DNA from: the human T2T-CHM13v2.0 reference genome, Homo sapiens | Direction: 5' to 3' (one strand) | Length of the DNA: 64,000 bases | NCBI RefSeq assembly: GCF_009914755.1 | Contig: NC_060932.1 | Shown here: positions 1 through 13,752 of the stretch, piece after piece | How positions within the stretch are numbered: the first letter of the stretch is position 1 | How the letters are laid out: each line of letters starts with the position of its first letter | Program-made: the position numbers and the translations under genes | Notes under the pieces: generated by a model | What the model was told of the DNA's origin: nothing | Databases searched by the model: none | The model's input: only the letters and a program-made list of their open reading frames with translations

Positions 1-19
1 ATAGGGCAGCCAAATGAGG

Positions 20-460
20 CCAGAGTGTCAACCCACAGATCATTCACTAATTACAGAAGAAAAAGGTGTCTTTACAATGGGGGAAGAGTGGCATTTATCA
101 CCTTAATTAAAGTTAGTTTCTTTAATGGGGGATGTCTTCACAGCGTGGGTCCCCTGGTCCAATGCTCTGTGAAGTTCATACATCATGTAAAGTGTTCTTG
201 CCAATGTTTAGCTAAATCTAATACAACCTATATACTTACTTATATTCATAAAAAAATATTCGGACAACAGAAGAAAATGTAAAGGAAATATAAATAATTA
301 TATCCAGAGCATAAGATATAAGACAACACTCCCAGAGTCTTCAAAATGTCAATGTAATAGAAAGAAATTAAAGAAGTAAAAGTCCTGTTAAAAATTAAAA
401 GGTAATAAAGAAATATCACAGTCAAATGCAATGTGTAAACCTTGACTAGATCCTAAATAA
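20..460 (+). mobile_element. Old L1M (L1MC/ME-type) 3' UTR fragment
   Basis: Contains gtcaaatgcaatgtgtaaaccttgactagatccta, resembling the recalled L1MC/ME 3' UTR motif; highly diverged. Confidence 0.45.
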
Positions 461-465
461 CAAAA

Positions 466-542
466 AGGAAGGAAGGAAGAAAGGAAGAAAGGAAGGAAGA
501 AAGGAAGGAGGGAAGGAGGGAAGGGAGGAAAGGGAGGGAAGG
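466..542. repeat. (GGAA/GAAA/GGAG)n purine-rich simple repeat
   Basis: Seen directly; at most 3 consecutive GGAA units. Confidence 0.95.
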
Positions 543-899
543 CAGCTATAAATTATTTTATAAATATATTAACGATTAAAAATAATATACACAAAATTTC
601 CACTAGCATCACTTTTTTCTTTTCCAATCATTAATAAATATATTGGCTGTTTACTGTGGAAAGAGCATTGATTTGGACCCATGGGACCTTGGTTCCAGTC
701 CTGATTATGCCTACAAATGATTTAGGGAAAAACATTTAATTTGTCTGACTGTCAGCTTCATAAACTAGATTGTATTGCATGATTTCCGCTGAGCCTGAAA
801 CTTGCACATTCCTTGGCATTTCCTCCAGGAGAACCTTTGGAAAGATTTTCTTTGACTCTCAATTCTAATGAAAACTTCAAATGACAAATTTGCTGAGTG

Positions 900-1556
900 A
901 GCATATAAGTTTTTTATTGCTCTGTAACAAAGTACCCCAAATGAAGTAGCTTAAACCAACACAAGTTTATTATCTCACAAGTTCTATAGGTCATAAATAG
1001 GGGCATGTTATGGCTGGATTCTTTACTCAGGGTTTCAATGTACTGAAAGCAAGACATTGGCTGGAGCTGTGGTTCTCATCTTGGCTCAGGATTCTCTTCC
1101 AGGTTTACTTGTTTGGGGCGGAATTTCTTTTCTTGCAACTCCAGGACTGAAGTCCCCATTATCTTTCTAGCCGTTGGCTGGGATCAGCTCTCAGCTCCTA
1201 GATGCTGCCTGCAGTTCTTTACCATGTAGCAACCATAGACAATTCACAACATGAGTGATTGCTTTCTCCCAGGCAACCTGCAGCATATTTATGACTGTCT
1301 TCTGCTACCTGCCTGCAGAAAATAGTGCTTTTATAAAACTTATGTGATTAGGTCAGACCCACTTAAATAATTGCTCTCTATCATTAGGTCAACTAATTCA
1401 AGACCTCAGTTATGTCTGCAAAATCCCTTTTGATCTACAAAATATTCTAATCATGGGATTGAAATTCACTATATTCAAAAATCTTGAGAATTATGCAGAG
1501 CGTGTTTACAATGAGTCAGTAAATCTTGTGGTCCATCCTAGGATTCTGCTATTACA
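900..1556 (-). mobile_element. MLT1 (F/G-like) MaLR solo LTR
   Basis: ttattgctctgtaacaaagtaccccaaa...gcttaaaccaacacaagtttattatctcaca matches the reverse complement of the MLT1 3' end; ends ...ctgctattaca. Confidence 0.75.
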
Positions 1557-2671
1557 TGGTTATCTCAAATCCACTATGTAAAAAATAATGCATTCAATTG
1601 TCATAAGTTTGTAGAAAGTATTTTGCAATACACATAATTTTCCATGGAAATCATTAAAAATATTGAGTCAAAGGTATTTCTTATTTTGAAGGGTAAAAAA
1701 ATTAGTTCAGTTCCTCTATAGACTTAAAACATAACAGTATCATAAGAGAAATTAAATTGAGATGAATATGAATTCATATATCAGATCAATAAAGTGATTT
1801 ATGTGAAAAGCTTGCAAAAGTGTATATTATCACATGTTAAGAGCAAGAAGAATGTTATACCAAGTGCAGAGAGTTCAGATCAAAGAAAAATAAACATACT
1901 TTTAAAAGTTAAAAACTATTTAAAAGAATTCATGAATATGAAGAATTAATGGAAGCAAACACATTCCATGCCATTAAAAGGTAATTTGAAGGATTAAAGG
2001 AACTCTTATGATTTAAAGTCACACCTTCAGAGAATTTTGTGAATATTTTAAACGTACAGACAAATATAGCATTTATTCAATTCAGTAAGACGTAGTGGAA
2101 TTCTGTACAAATTGTAGGATGAGAAGAGATGTGAACAACAAAATTCACGTATAAAAGAATGTGTTTATTTATCTATTTATTTATGTAGCAAAAAAATGGA
2201 AGGATACCTTGCCAGATGCTGAGGAATATTTTTTAATATGGATATATGCATTTTCCTCTGCCACTTACTATGTAGAAAAGAAGACAGACATTGGTCAAAA
2301 TTTCAAGGTGGAGTGCTATGAATAGTAAAGATTGGTATGCTATAGAAACATGTAGCACTAAGGCTTGTTTGAAAAACATGATTACTGCAATTGGAATCAG
2401 GAAAAATATATTGAAAATAAGCTTAGTTCCTCTTTTGGTAATTGTCTGTTTTTTATTTTACTTTACGTTCAATGGTGAAGGAAGAAGTGTTGATTGTATG
2501 AAAATAATAAATTGTGTTCTTGATTTTTTAAGCAGTAAAATCTTGAATGTGATATCTTAGGATACTATTTCCAGTGCTTTGGTGAGAAGAATTAATAGCA
2601 CAATGATTCTATATTATTTTTAAAGTAAAATACATTTTGACGTACTAATATTGGACTTTAAAAGGAAAAGA

Positions 2672-2995
2672 GGTTGGGCGTGGTGGCTCACGCCCGTAAT
2701 CCCAGCACTTTGGGAGGCCGGGGCGGGTGGATCACAAGGTCAGGAGATCGAGACCATCCTGGCTAACACAGTGAAACCCCGTCTCTACTAAAAATACAAA
2801 AAAAAAAAAAAAAAATTAGCCGGGCGTGATGGCGGGTGCCTGTAGTCCCAGCTACTCGGGAGGCTGAGGCAGGAGAAGCGTGAACCCGGGAGGCGGAGGT
2901 TGCAGAGAGCCGAGATCACGCCACTGCACTCCAGCCTGGGTGATAGACCGGCGACTCCGTCTCAAAATAATAATAACAATAATTAATTTAAAAAA
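2672..2995 (+). mobile_element. AluY/AluSc-type full-length Alu
   Basis: Dimeric Alu with gagatcgagaccatcctggctaacac; TSD aaaaggaaaaga/aaaaggagaaga; middle A-tract of 18 A. Confidence 0.97.
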
Positions 2996-3049
2996 AAGGA
3001 GAAGAAAGGCATTAAAGTAGAATGCGACCCTCTTTTAACTATTTCAAAA

Positions 3050-3870
3050 TTAGCCGATCTCAATTGTTAAAAAAACATTGACTTTCAGACCTAGGGCATA
3101 GCTCAAAGGCCTTTCATTCTAATTTCTTAGACACAGATAATTCAAATGTCTTCCGCATCTCTTAGGATATCACCAATAATAGGCACATTCTCACACTTCT
3201 TGAAGAAACCTCCTTTTTTTTTTTTTTTTTTGGAAAGTTATATTTCAATGTTTACATACAGTCCAAATTAGTGTCTATACACACTACATCATTGATTCCA
3301 CTTATATGTCTGGTGTCTCTGATACTTCTTTCTTCTACAGTACAGACCGTTGACTATTTTGTAATTAGCTCTCATCTCATTTACTTCTGAATTATTCTGT
3401 TTCCCAAGCTAAATATTTCCAGTTTCACCAGAAATCAGAACTATTTCTCCATGCTACACATTATCATTTTAGCTTTAGTTCACTGTTTTAGCATATAAAA
3501 GTCTTTTTGACCATGTTTGTAATTGAACATATTTTCCCCTTCCATAAGTTTGCTAAAGATCTTTTTGTAATACCATTCAATAAACCAACAGAAGTATGAA
3601 AAGAACAGAGTGGATATTGGTGCACATCTTTGGAAACTTGCTTTGCAACTAAAATCCATTCAATAATAGCTTGCTTTTAGGACACCAGAATCATTCCAAG
3701 TTTTCTAAAGTGGAATTAATACTGGGTTTAAAAAATGTCTGGTTGAAATCTAGATACAGCAGCCTACTGCCCTTGCACTTCACTGATCTACTTAAATAGC
3801 AACACTTTCCATAGGAAAATGAAGTCATTTGGATATGGTTTGTCATATCTGCATTGCCTCAATGCCCTTT
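3050..3870 (-). mobile_element. L3/CR1 LINE fossil (reverse transcriptase region to 3' region)
   Basis: Minus strand of 3733-3759 translates LYLDFNQTF (CR1 RT motif YLDFSKAF); upstream KPYPNDFIF is a decayed KSCQTNLIS; L3-like ccaagctaaatatttccagtttc near 3405. Confidence 0.65.
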
Positions 3871-4739
3871 GATTCTGGGATCAATTTTTTTTAAAACCTC
3901 CTACAAACAGTTAACATATGAGGCCCTATTCATTTTAATCCTAAAATGGATTTAATTATTTTTAAAACAGAAATTTAAATTTGGATTTTCATCATGGCTG
4001 TGAAGTAGCAAAAATGCTTAAAAATAAAAGAGACTCTGAGATAGTGGCTAGCTAACTGACAAGTATGCAGATGAACTTTATCTTCTGCAAAATTCATAGA
4101 GTAGCGTGTCTCTTTAGAAAGCAGCCCTTGAAAGTCTGGGATTTTCTGATGCATAAAGAAGTGCTCTAAAAATGCCAGGGAGGTAGAACACTCATTGTGC
4201 TTGTCAATGGAATGTCCCATTAGTAACCCCTGTGGAAATCACAAAGCTCCCAAGCACATTGAGTCATGAAGGTCACCCTGCATAAATCTGTCTACATTCA
4301 TGAGTTGCTACCGCTAACTGCCACCACATCAAGTTCAGTGTACACCCCATGCTGCTGAAATGGCGGGACACATTGAATAAAATCCAAGCTCCTACATTCA
4401 CATTTCTTTTTGTTTATCTTTAAGGCAGTACAGTATCTATTCAGAAACGTGCCCTTGAGCATTTGCATATCTGGAACAGCAGTCCCTAATCCTCCCAAGC
4501 TTTGAGAGAGGCATGTATTATTGGTTTGCACACATTTCAAGAGAAAAATGCTGGCCACAGCTCCTACTACAGAAATATGACATAGCATATTCTTAGTCTT
4601 GCAACACTGAGAAATTGAAATAGCTAGGCAAATAATCATAATTCTAAGCTCTGACAACTAAAGATAATCATTTTTACATCAAAATAATAGTAGTTATGCT
4701 ATACTGTGGTATATGTTTACAAATTTTACAGCTTAAAAA

Positions 4740-4890
4740 TTCTTGAAGCATTACTTGTTTTATTTCCAAACATTGTAATGGGGTGATGTTAACTTTACCA
4801 TTCTATAGATAAGAAAACACTCTCAGAAAAGCTAGGGTACTCAATGAAGTCAATTAGGACTTAGATTTAAATTCTGGTCCAAATGCAATA
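4740..4890 (-). mobile_element. MIR fragment
   Basis: MIR core-like ccattctatagataagaaaac. Confidence 0.45.
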
Positions 4891-5369
4891 TCCTGTAAAT
4901 TTTGGTTCTGATTTTCAAAAGTAAAGATGTGTAATTTTTAATTAATCATTTAAATAATTTTTTGAAAAATCATTTCTCTGCTACTGAATTCTGTCCTTTT
5001 CTAGATATGTTAGTATTTTTTAGTTGTGTTATATGTTTAATATATATAATATATCTGTTAATATCATTTCTTACTGCATTAATGTATGTTACCACTATAT
5101 TGTATTTCTCAATACAGACAACGTTTAAAAAGTAGTAAACATTTGTCTATTTTACATTAAAATTTTTAATGTTGAAGAATTTCACAAGCATTATGGGAGA
5201 AAAAAATAATAATAAAATAATAAAATAAAAGAACCATATAATAGAAATGTATTCGGAAGGGCACTTTAGGTCTGAGAAATATTTAATATGTCTACTTTTT
5301 AATTCAAAAAAGGTCACTTTATAAACAATTTGACAAGATATTTTAAGTTTATGGAAAAGTTTATTCAAT

Positions 5370-6103
<734 letters not shown>

Positions 6104-6149
6104 TAAAAATAACTTTTAATATCCAATGATGTTATAAAAAATAGTTTCG

Positions 6150-6475
6150 CTGGAGGCCATTATCCTAAACAAATTAACACTGAAATGGAAAACCAAATAC
6201 TGCGTGTTCGCTCTTATAAGTGGGAGCTAAACACTGAGTAAATTTGGACACAAAGAAGGAAAAAATAGACACTTGAGGCTCCTTGAGGCGTGGGGGTGGG
6301 AGGACTGCAAGGGTACAAAAAAAAAAAAATTCCTATTGAGTTCTATTCTCATTACCTGGGTAACAAAATAATCTATACACCAAACTCCCACAATGAGCAA
6401 GTTTCCCACGTAACAAACTTGCGCAAGCACCCCCTGAACCAAAAATAAAGTTGGATAAATAAATAAATAATAAAA
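6150..6475 (+). mobile_element. L1PA15/16-like 3' end
   Basis: ctggaggccattatcctaaac...ataagtgggagctaaacactgag...aataaagtt followed by an A-rich tail. Confidence 0.85.
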
Positions 6476-6519
6476 TCACACAAAGCAAGGAAAAAAATAA
6501 AACACAAGTGGTTTAGATT

Positions 6520-8158
6520 TTTTTTTTCTCCTTTAAATAGCTTTTATTTTTAAGGCAAGTTTCAGGTTCACAGGAAAACAGAATAGAAAGCACAGAAAAT
6601 TCCCACATACCCCCTCACCTGCTCCCCATGGCCTCCTCTCCTATGAATATTCTGCACCAGAGCGGTACATTTATTGCAACTGATGGACATACATAAACAT
6701 GTTACTACCCAAATCCATTGTACACGTTAGGGTTTAGTCTTAGCGTTGTATACTCTATGGGTTTTAACAAATGCGTACTGACCAGTACTCACCATAATAG
6801 TGTCATATAGAATAGTTTCATTGCCCTGAAATCCTCTGTGCTCCATATATTCATCCCTCTCTCCCTATAAATTTCTGGTAACTACTGATCTTTTTACTGT
6901 CTCCATAGTTCTGTCTTTTTCAGGATACCAAGTACTTGGAATCATCCAGTATGTAGCCTGTCCACACTTCCTTCTTAGTAATATGCATTTAAGTTATTTT
7001 CGTGTCTTTTCATGGCTTCATAACCCATTTTCATAGTGCTGAATGATATTCCATTGTCTGAATGGATATATTTATTCATTCACCTGCTGAAGGACATCTT
7101 GGTTACTTCCCATTTTGGCAATTATGAAAAGGCTACATAGACATCCATGTGCGGGTTTTTGTGTGGACATAAGTTAGCAACTCATCAGACTAAATACCAA
7201 AGAGCATGACTGCTGGAGCATATGGTAAGACTGAGTTTAGTTTTGTAAGAAACCACCAAATTGTCTTCCAAACTGACTGCGCCATTTTGCAATCTCACCA
7301 GTAATGACTAAGAATTCTTGTTGCTAAGAATTTATGATCTCAGAGTTCTGGATTTTGGACATTTTAACAGACATGAAGTATTTCATTGTTACTTGGAATT
7401 CCCCTAATAAAATATGATGTAGAGCATCTTTTCATATGTTTACTACCCATCATATATCTTCTTTGTTGAGGTATCTGCTAAGTTCTTTTGCCAATTTTTA
7501 AATAGTGTTTTGAGTTTTGAAAGTCATTTGTATATTTAAAATAACAGTCCTTTATCATATAGGTATTTTGTGAAGATTTTCTTCCAATCCATATTTTTTC
7601 TTCCTCTCATTTTCTTTACAATCTTGCACAGACATAGCAAACATTTTTGATTTTTATGAAGCCTTGCTAATCAATTCTTTCTATCATGGATTGTGTCTTT
7701 GTTGTTGTCTAAAAAGTCATTGACATACCTAGGGTCATTTAGTTTTTCTCCTGTTATCATCTAAAACTTTTGTAGTTTTGCATTTTAAATTTAGGTCTGT
7801 GATTCATTTTTAGTTAATTTTTGTGAAGGGTATGAGGTCAAGGTCCAGACTGACTGTTTTTATTTGTGGATATCAAGTTGTTCTAGCAACTAGACTCAAC
7901 TTTTGTCTAAAAAACTATTTTCGCTGTATATTATTGCCTTTAGCTTTTGTCAAATATCAGTTGATTTTATGTATGTATGTTTATTTCTAGGCTTTCTATT
8001 CTATCCTGTTCATCATTCGTTTATTCTTTTGCCAATGTTACATTGTCTTAATTACTGGAGCTCTATAATAATTGTTGAAATCAGGTAGCATCAATCCTCT
8101 AACTGCTATTCTTCAATATTGTGTTGGCTATGTTGTATCTTGCCTCTCTATGTAAACT
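6520..8158 (-). mobile_element. L1MC1-like 3' end and ORF2 3' region (left part)
   Basis: Poly-T, then caggttcacag...ttcccacatacccc...ccagagcggtacatttattgcaactgatg; continuous antisense ORF2-like sequence. Confidence 0.85.
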
Positions 8159-8175
8159 ATGCTTTTTAGAGTAAC

Positions 8176-8372
8176 TTTTTTTTTAATTTCCCTAAGATTT
8201 TGGAGAACAGGTGGTGTTTGGTTACATGAATAAGTTCGTTAATGGTAATTGGTGAGAATTTTAGTTCACCTATCACCTGAGCAGTATCCACTGTACATCA
8301 TTTGTGGTATTTCATCCCTCACCCGCCTCCCACACTTTCCCCCAAGTCCCCAAAGTTCATTGTATCATTCTT
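8176..8372 (-). mobile_element. L1PB 3' end (short, 5'-truncated)
   Basis: Poly-T then ggagaacaggtggtgtttggttacatgaataagttc...ccccaagtccccaaagttcattgtatcattctt; tatgtaaact duplicated at 8149-8158 and 9353-9362. Confidence 0.85.
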
Positions 8373-9342
8373 TTTTGTTGTTGTTGTTAGAAAAATAGAA
8401 ACTTTAATGCTTTTTTATTCACGTGACTTTAGTAATCTTTTGGAAATAAAGACAGTTTTAAAGATTATTGGTAAAATAAAAATGTCTTCAAAATGTAGAC
8501 ATTTGGTCTAAAGGTCAGATATTAGATTTGCTAAATGCTTTAAGGTTGTAAACTGCTTCCTTGACTTTTGAAAATTGTTCAATTTACTTACTTTGGAGCA
8601 TTAGATTCTAGATAAGGGCTGGGGACATGTGAAGTTAGCCATGCCTCCTAGCTATACTAGAAAGAGTCAGATCTTATCTTCACTTCCATTTGGCTTCCTA
8701 GGCCCCACACATAGTACGTAATTAAAATCTCTTACTTGTCGGGCTTTTCACCAAAAATAAAAGTTGCTAAGGGTTAACATTGCAACATGTGACTGAGACT
8801 ACTGGAGAAATGGTTTTACATCCAAAGTATGTAAGGATAGTAGTATGTGTTTTTGGTAAAAGATTATAAGTCGGCATGGAAATGTGGCTTCTGTTAAGCA
8901 GAATATAATTTTGTCTAGTTTAGAGGGATTTAAAGATTGTCTTAACCTAAAAGAATATTGGGACAAAACTGAAGGTTTAAGGAAGTTGAAAAGGGTTTGT
9001 GAAGGGTTGGTCTTATGAAGAAAGTTCTGTGGGTATGAGTAAGTTGGCTAAGACTTGAAGGGGATTATTTAATTTTTTTCCATATGTTGAACATTAAAAT
9101 AAAAGCACATTAATGCAGGGCCAGAATCTGGGCCCATGTGTCAGAATAATGGAGTTTTCTTAGAAAATTGATCTGCTGTTAACAGAAAATTGTAAAGGGT
9201 TCTAAAAAGTTTATGAAAATCTTACCTTATGGTCAAACTAGTTAAAACTGAATAGATTGATAAACTCTTATTTAGAAACTAGCTATAGCATTAAAGAGGC
9301 ACTAATGCAAACATGAAATTTGGTTTTCTCTCTTTTTTCCTT
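8373..9342 (+). mobile_element. ERV1 MER4-group internal sequence without LTRs, T-rich tail on left
   Basis: gtgactttagtaatcttttggaaataaagacagttttaaagattattggtaaaa...ttagattctagataagggctggggacatgtg matches recalled MER4-group internal consensus; no LTR on either side. Confidence 0.75.
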
Positions 9343-9352
9343 TATCTTTTCT

Positions 9353-9520
9353 TATGTAAACTTTAGAGTTAGTTTGCTGATTTCCACAAAATAACTTGCT
9401 GTGATTTTTACTGGGATTGCACTGAATCTACAGAACAATTTTTGGAAATTACTGACATTTTGATATTACTAAGCATTCCTATCCATGAACATGGAATATC
9501 TCTCAATCAGTAAGTCTTTT
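9353..9520 (-). mobile_element. L1MC1-like continuation (right part)
   Basis: Resumes tatgtaaactttagagttagtttg...ccacaaaataacttgctg...ctatccatgaacatggaatatctctc. Confidence 0.8.
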
Positions 9521-9823
9521 ATATGTTTTTTATTATATAAATAACACTTGTTTAGAGTGTTGGAGATAGGCAAAAGACGAAATGATAACTTATAAAGGGA
9601 ATTGTTTAAAAGTTTGAGGAAGATTGAGCACACTGTTTTTGGAAAAATTTACTGTGACCAAAGAATTATCCAACCAGTCAAGTGGTCTCCACATGTGACA
9701 GCAATATCGGGACAATTAAAGATGCCAGGAAATGTGTAATCTTTCAAAACTATGAATATAAACATATATCAGTCAACCAAGAAATAAATCGACATAAGGA
9801 ACACATGAATAAGAAAACTGTGA

Positions 9824-10265
<442 letters not shown>

Positions 10266-10429
10266 ACCACACAGATATTTCTTAAAGGCGATCTGCACAG
10301 CTGTAAATTTTGTGATTAGTTGAGAGTCTGATAGTTGAGAGTCTTTGTGATTAGTTGAGCGCTGTTGTATTACATAAGGTCTTGTTCTACTTTTGAGTCT
10401 AGTCAAGCTTTTCTCTGCAGGGCCATAAC

Positions 10430-10626
10430 TAATGAATGCCTGAGAAAAGCAGTGGCACAAGGAACATTTACACCCAATGCTGGACTTCTCTAACTGGCTC
10501 TTTGCCGTGGAGCTCCTTATGGAACTGACAGAGAGACTTTTCCAGACTTGCATTGCAGTCTGATGGCTCCCTAGTAAATCTAACTCTGTCATGCTGTCTC
10601 CTTCCAGGAGAACCGACACTGCAACA
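10430..10626 (+). mobile_element. ERVL LTR16-like fragment
   Basis: ggagctccttatggaactgacagagagac...gcattgcagtctgatggctcc...ttccaggagaacc...aca. Confidence 0.5.
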
Positions 10627-10743
10627 GCAACTTTTTATATTGAATAATTTCAATTATATAAAAAGTTGAAAAATTATAACAAACATCCGTATTTAATTTT
10701 CAGCCATGATAAATGTTTGTACAATTGCTTTATCTTTTTTACC

Positions 10744-10832
10744 ATATATATATAGTGTGTATATATATATAAAAATATAGAGAAAGATATATATGTGTGT
10801 ATACATATGCATACGTGTGTATATGTATATAT
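10744..10832. repeat. (TA)n/(TG)n compound microsatellite
   Basis: Seen directly. Confidence 0.9.
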
Positions 10833-12171
10833 TTGTCCTACCATTAGGTTCGCCTGCACACACCTTGAAACTATTGTTCAATATTTTAATTTGTGTATCT
10901 CAGTAATGAGGAAAGTCTCTACATAGCAAAAATATATTACCTTCTCAATAAATTTGATATTATAAAATTCAATTATCTAGTATAAATTTCATATTCAAAT
11001 AGCACAAGGTATCCCGTATTTATTTTATAATTGTTTTTCTGGTTTTGGAAACAAGAATCAAACAAGGATTACAAAACTGAATTGACGTGTTTCTTTAAAC
11101 CACAAGAGTCTCCCAACCCTCATTTTATAATTGTTGTAGTTCTTCATAGTATTGATTTAAAAAAAAAAAATCTTAGTGGCTTTGCAAAATATCCTGTAAC
11201 TTTCATTTGTTTAATTGTTTCTTCATCATTAAAGTTACACCCTGCTGGCAACAATGCTACATAGATGATATTATGCCTTCTCAGCACTTTTCCTTAGAGG
11301 TTATCATATCAGTTTAGCAGATTTTTAATTTTCAGGTATAAATTCTTAAAATTAAAAGTGAAGAGACCGGAAGTTGCTATAATTAGAAATAACGGGCTAG
11401 AAAGTGAGCTAGATTAAGTTCCAAAATCGTAAGCCTAGAAGATTAAAATATTCTATTCGACATTTTTTAAGTAATCATTGACTATGTATTAGACCTTTTC
11501 CTGGTTGCTGGAAGATGTTTCAATGAATAACCTATAGCCATTACCTTAGAAGAGCTCAATATGTAAACAAAGATGATAAAGATTAATGCTAACTTTTAAA
11601 GATATAAGTGCTTAAATGAAGCTTGGTACAAACTTGCAAAACACACAGACAACAGTTACTATTCCTAGGTATGATGTAGGGAGTGGTCAGCAAAAGATAA
11701 TAGCAAACATGACATTTCAGTTCTGTCTTAAAGACATTTCTCGCTGTCAAATAAATAGTATATATCCTAGATAGGTCAAAAGAAAATAATATCAATTCAA
11801 TTGGATAGATATAGACAGACAAATAGAAATATATAATAGATAATGATGATGAAGACAGATGAAAGAGAGAAAGAATCATAATTTCTTAAAATGGAAACAA
11901 AAGGCATCTAAGAAAAGTCAGTGGCAGATAAGAAAAGGTAGTTTATTACGGGAACTTGGCAGTAGTATATGATAAAAACCAGGGACCAGCCTTTGCAGTG
12001 TGCAAAGTGGTCAACAATGAGGATCTATAAACTATAGTAGTGGTGTTCAGGAGATTGATTTGACAAGATATGCTAAACAGTTAAGTTTAATCATCATTTA
12101 TTGATAACCAGGCACTAAGTACCTTGAGTTCAAAGATCACTAACATCAATGGTATTACTCAGTGCGACAGA

Positions 12172-12375
12172 AATAATATCACTATTTATCAAGTTTTGAT
12201 GCACTGTGCTAAGCATTTTGAGTGCTCAGCACAAAATCTAATCCTCACAACAACCCTATACAGCAAGAGCATACATCTTTTTTGTGCAATGAAAAAGCTG
12301 AGACTAAGTCTGGCATTTTTCCAAAGGCCATAATCTAGAAACAACCAGGATACAAGTACCCTGACCCCAAAGCCT
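12172..12375 (-). mobile_element. MIR
   Basis: gcactgtgctaagcatttt...aatcctcacaacaaccctat...ctgaccccaaagcc. Confidence 0.75.
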
Positions 12376-12699
12376 TTTTTTTTTTTTTTTTTTGGTGAGT
12401 ATGCTACAATCGAATAGACCTTTAAATTCCACGTCCTTGTAAAAATTCAAAATAAAATTGGGGGGTGGAATAGAAAACATATAACAGGTGATCCATTTTA
12501 TTTTGCCAAATAACAATATTAACAATTATATACAAGCAAAACTATTATCTATCATAACCATTATTTCATAAAGGAGGAAAGGTGTTAACACTAAAACTTT
12601 TCAGAATGCAAGATATCCATTTACATTGAAAGACTTTTGAACTGAGAGTTATAGAATGTATCCCAATGCAATGTTCAGTACTTAGCTTCTACAAACTGA

Positions 12700-13350
12700 T
12701 TAACTCTATTATTCAGACATTCCAATCTATGTAGTAGCATATGGAAACCAATATAATTACTGTCCAATGAATCAGATATAGCTCTGCGTATAAGGAGTTT
12801 GCATTCTAATAGAAATGTTTGGCACACAGGTAGACAATTGCAAGAAAATCTAGCAAATATATTACTGATATGGCACAGATGGAATGAAATTTGGACAAAT
12901 AGCCCAATTTAAGAGTTTGAAAAAATATTTTTTGAATGATTTGTTTACAGAACTGACACTTGATGGATGAGTAAAAGCAAAAATCAGTGAAGAAAGATAG
13001 TCTTTATGTTTCAAATAGAGGGAGCAATCTTTATAAAAATTCAGAAGCATTAAATGTCATATTTTATAAGTAACTATAAACAGAAAATTTATACTGCAAA
13101 GCGAAATGTTAATCAGGGACTGGTAAAAGATTCAGTTGAAAAAGTGTAATTGTCGGTTTAGAGAGTTTTGGACATCTTTCTAAGGTGTCTGAATGATACA
13201 AACAGGAATCATTGAAAGCTTTTAAACAAAATGAAATAATCATACAAGCAGTGTGGAAGATAAATATAAAGGTAGAAAGAATGGCGTCTAGGTGTTGATA
13301 ATTTATTGTTTTAGTTGAGGTTAAATGTGATGAGGGTAAGGCTTTACCTT
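12700..13350 (-). mobile_element. L2 fragments (very diverged)
   Basis: aaggagtttgcattctaatag and ggaatcattgaaagcttttaaac resemble the antisense L2 3' region. Confidence 0.45.
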
Positions 13351-13752
13351 TTAGTAATAATAGTAGCTAACATTTATTAATCACTTTTCAACCTCTATAT
13401 GTATTATCTCACTTAATCTGGAAGCAACTCTGTTAGTTATCATATTTGTAGCTCTACTTTACAGATTAAGGAACCAAGGACATTGTTATAGGCCAAATTG
13501 TGTTCCATCAAAATTTATACATTGAAGTATTAACTTCCCATACTTCAGAATGTGACTGTATTTGTAGACAAGATCTTTAAAGAGGTAAAGTAAAGTGAGA
13601 TAATATGGGTAAGCAATAATAAAGTATGACTGTTGTCCTTATAAGAAGAGGAGATTAGGACCCAGACAACACACTGACCAGGAACAACCCTGTGAAGATA
13701 CAGCAGGAAAGCAGCCATCTGAAAACCAGCGAGCGAGGCCTCAGAATAAAAC

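Noticed and set aside
466-542. GGAA microsatellite as an EWSR1-FLI1 enhancer
   Set aside because: No more than three consecutive GGAA units.
4298-4657. 119-aa minus-strand ORF in unique sequence
   Set aside because: Non-ATG start, no recognisable homology or exon structure; length is compatible with chance.
9590-9800. HAL1/L1M ORF1-like remnant
   Set aside because: Only one short degenerate motif (aagaattatccaaccagtcaag); too weak to annotate.
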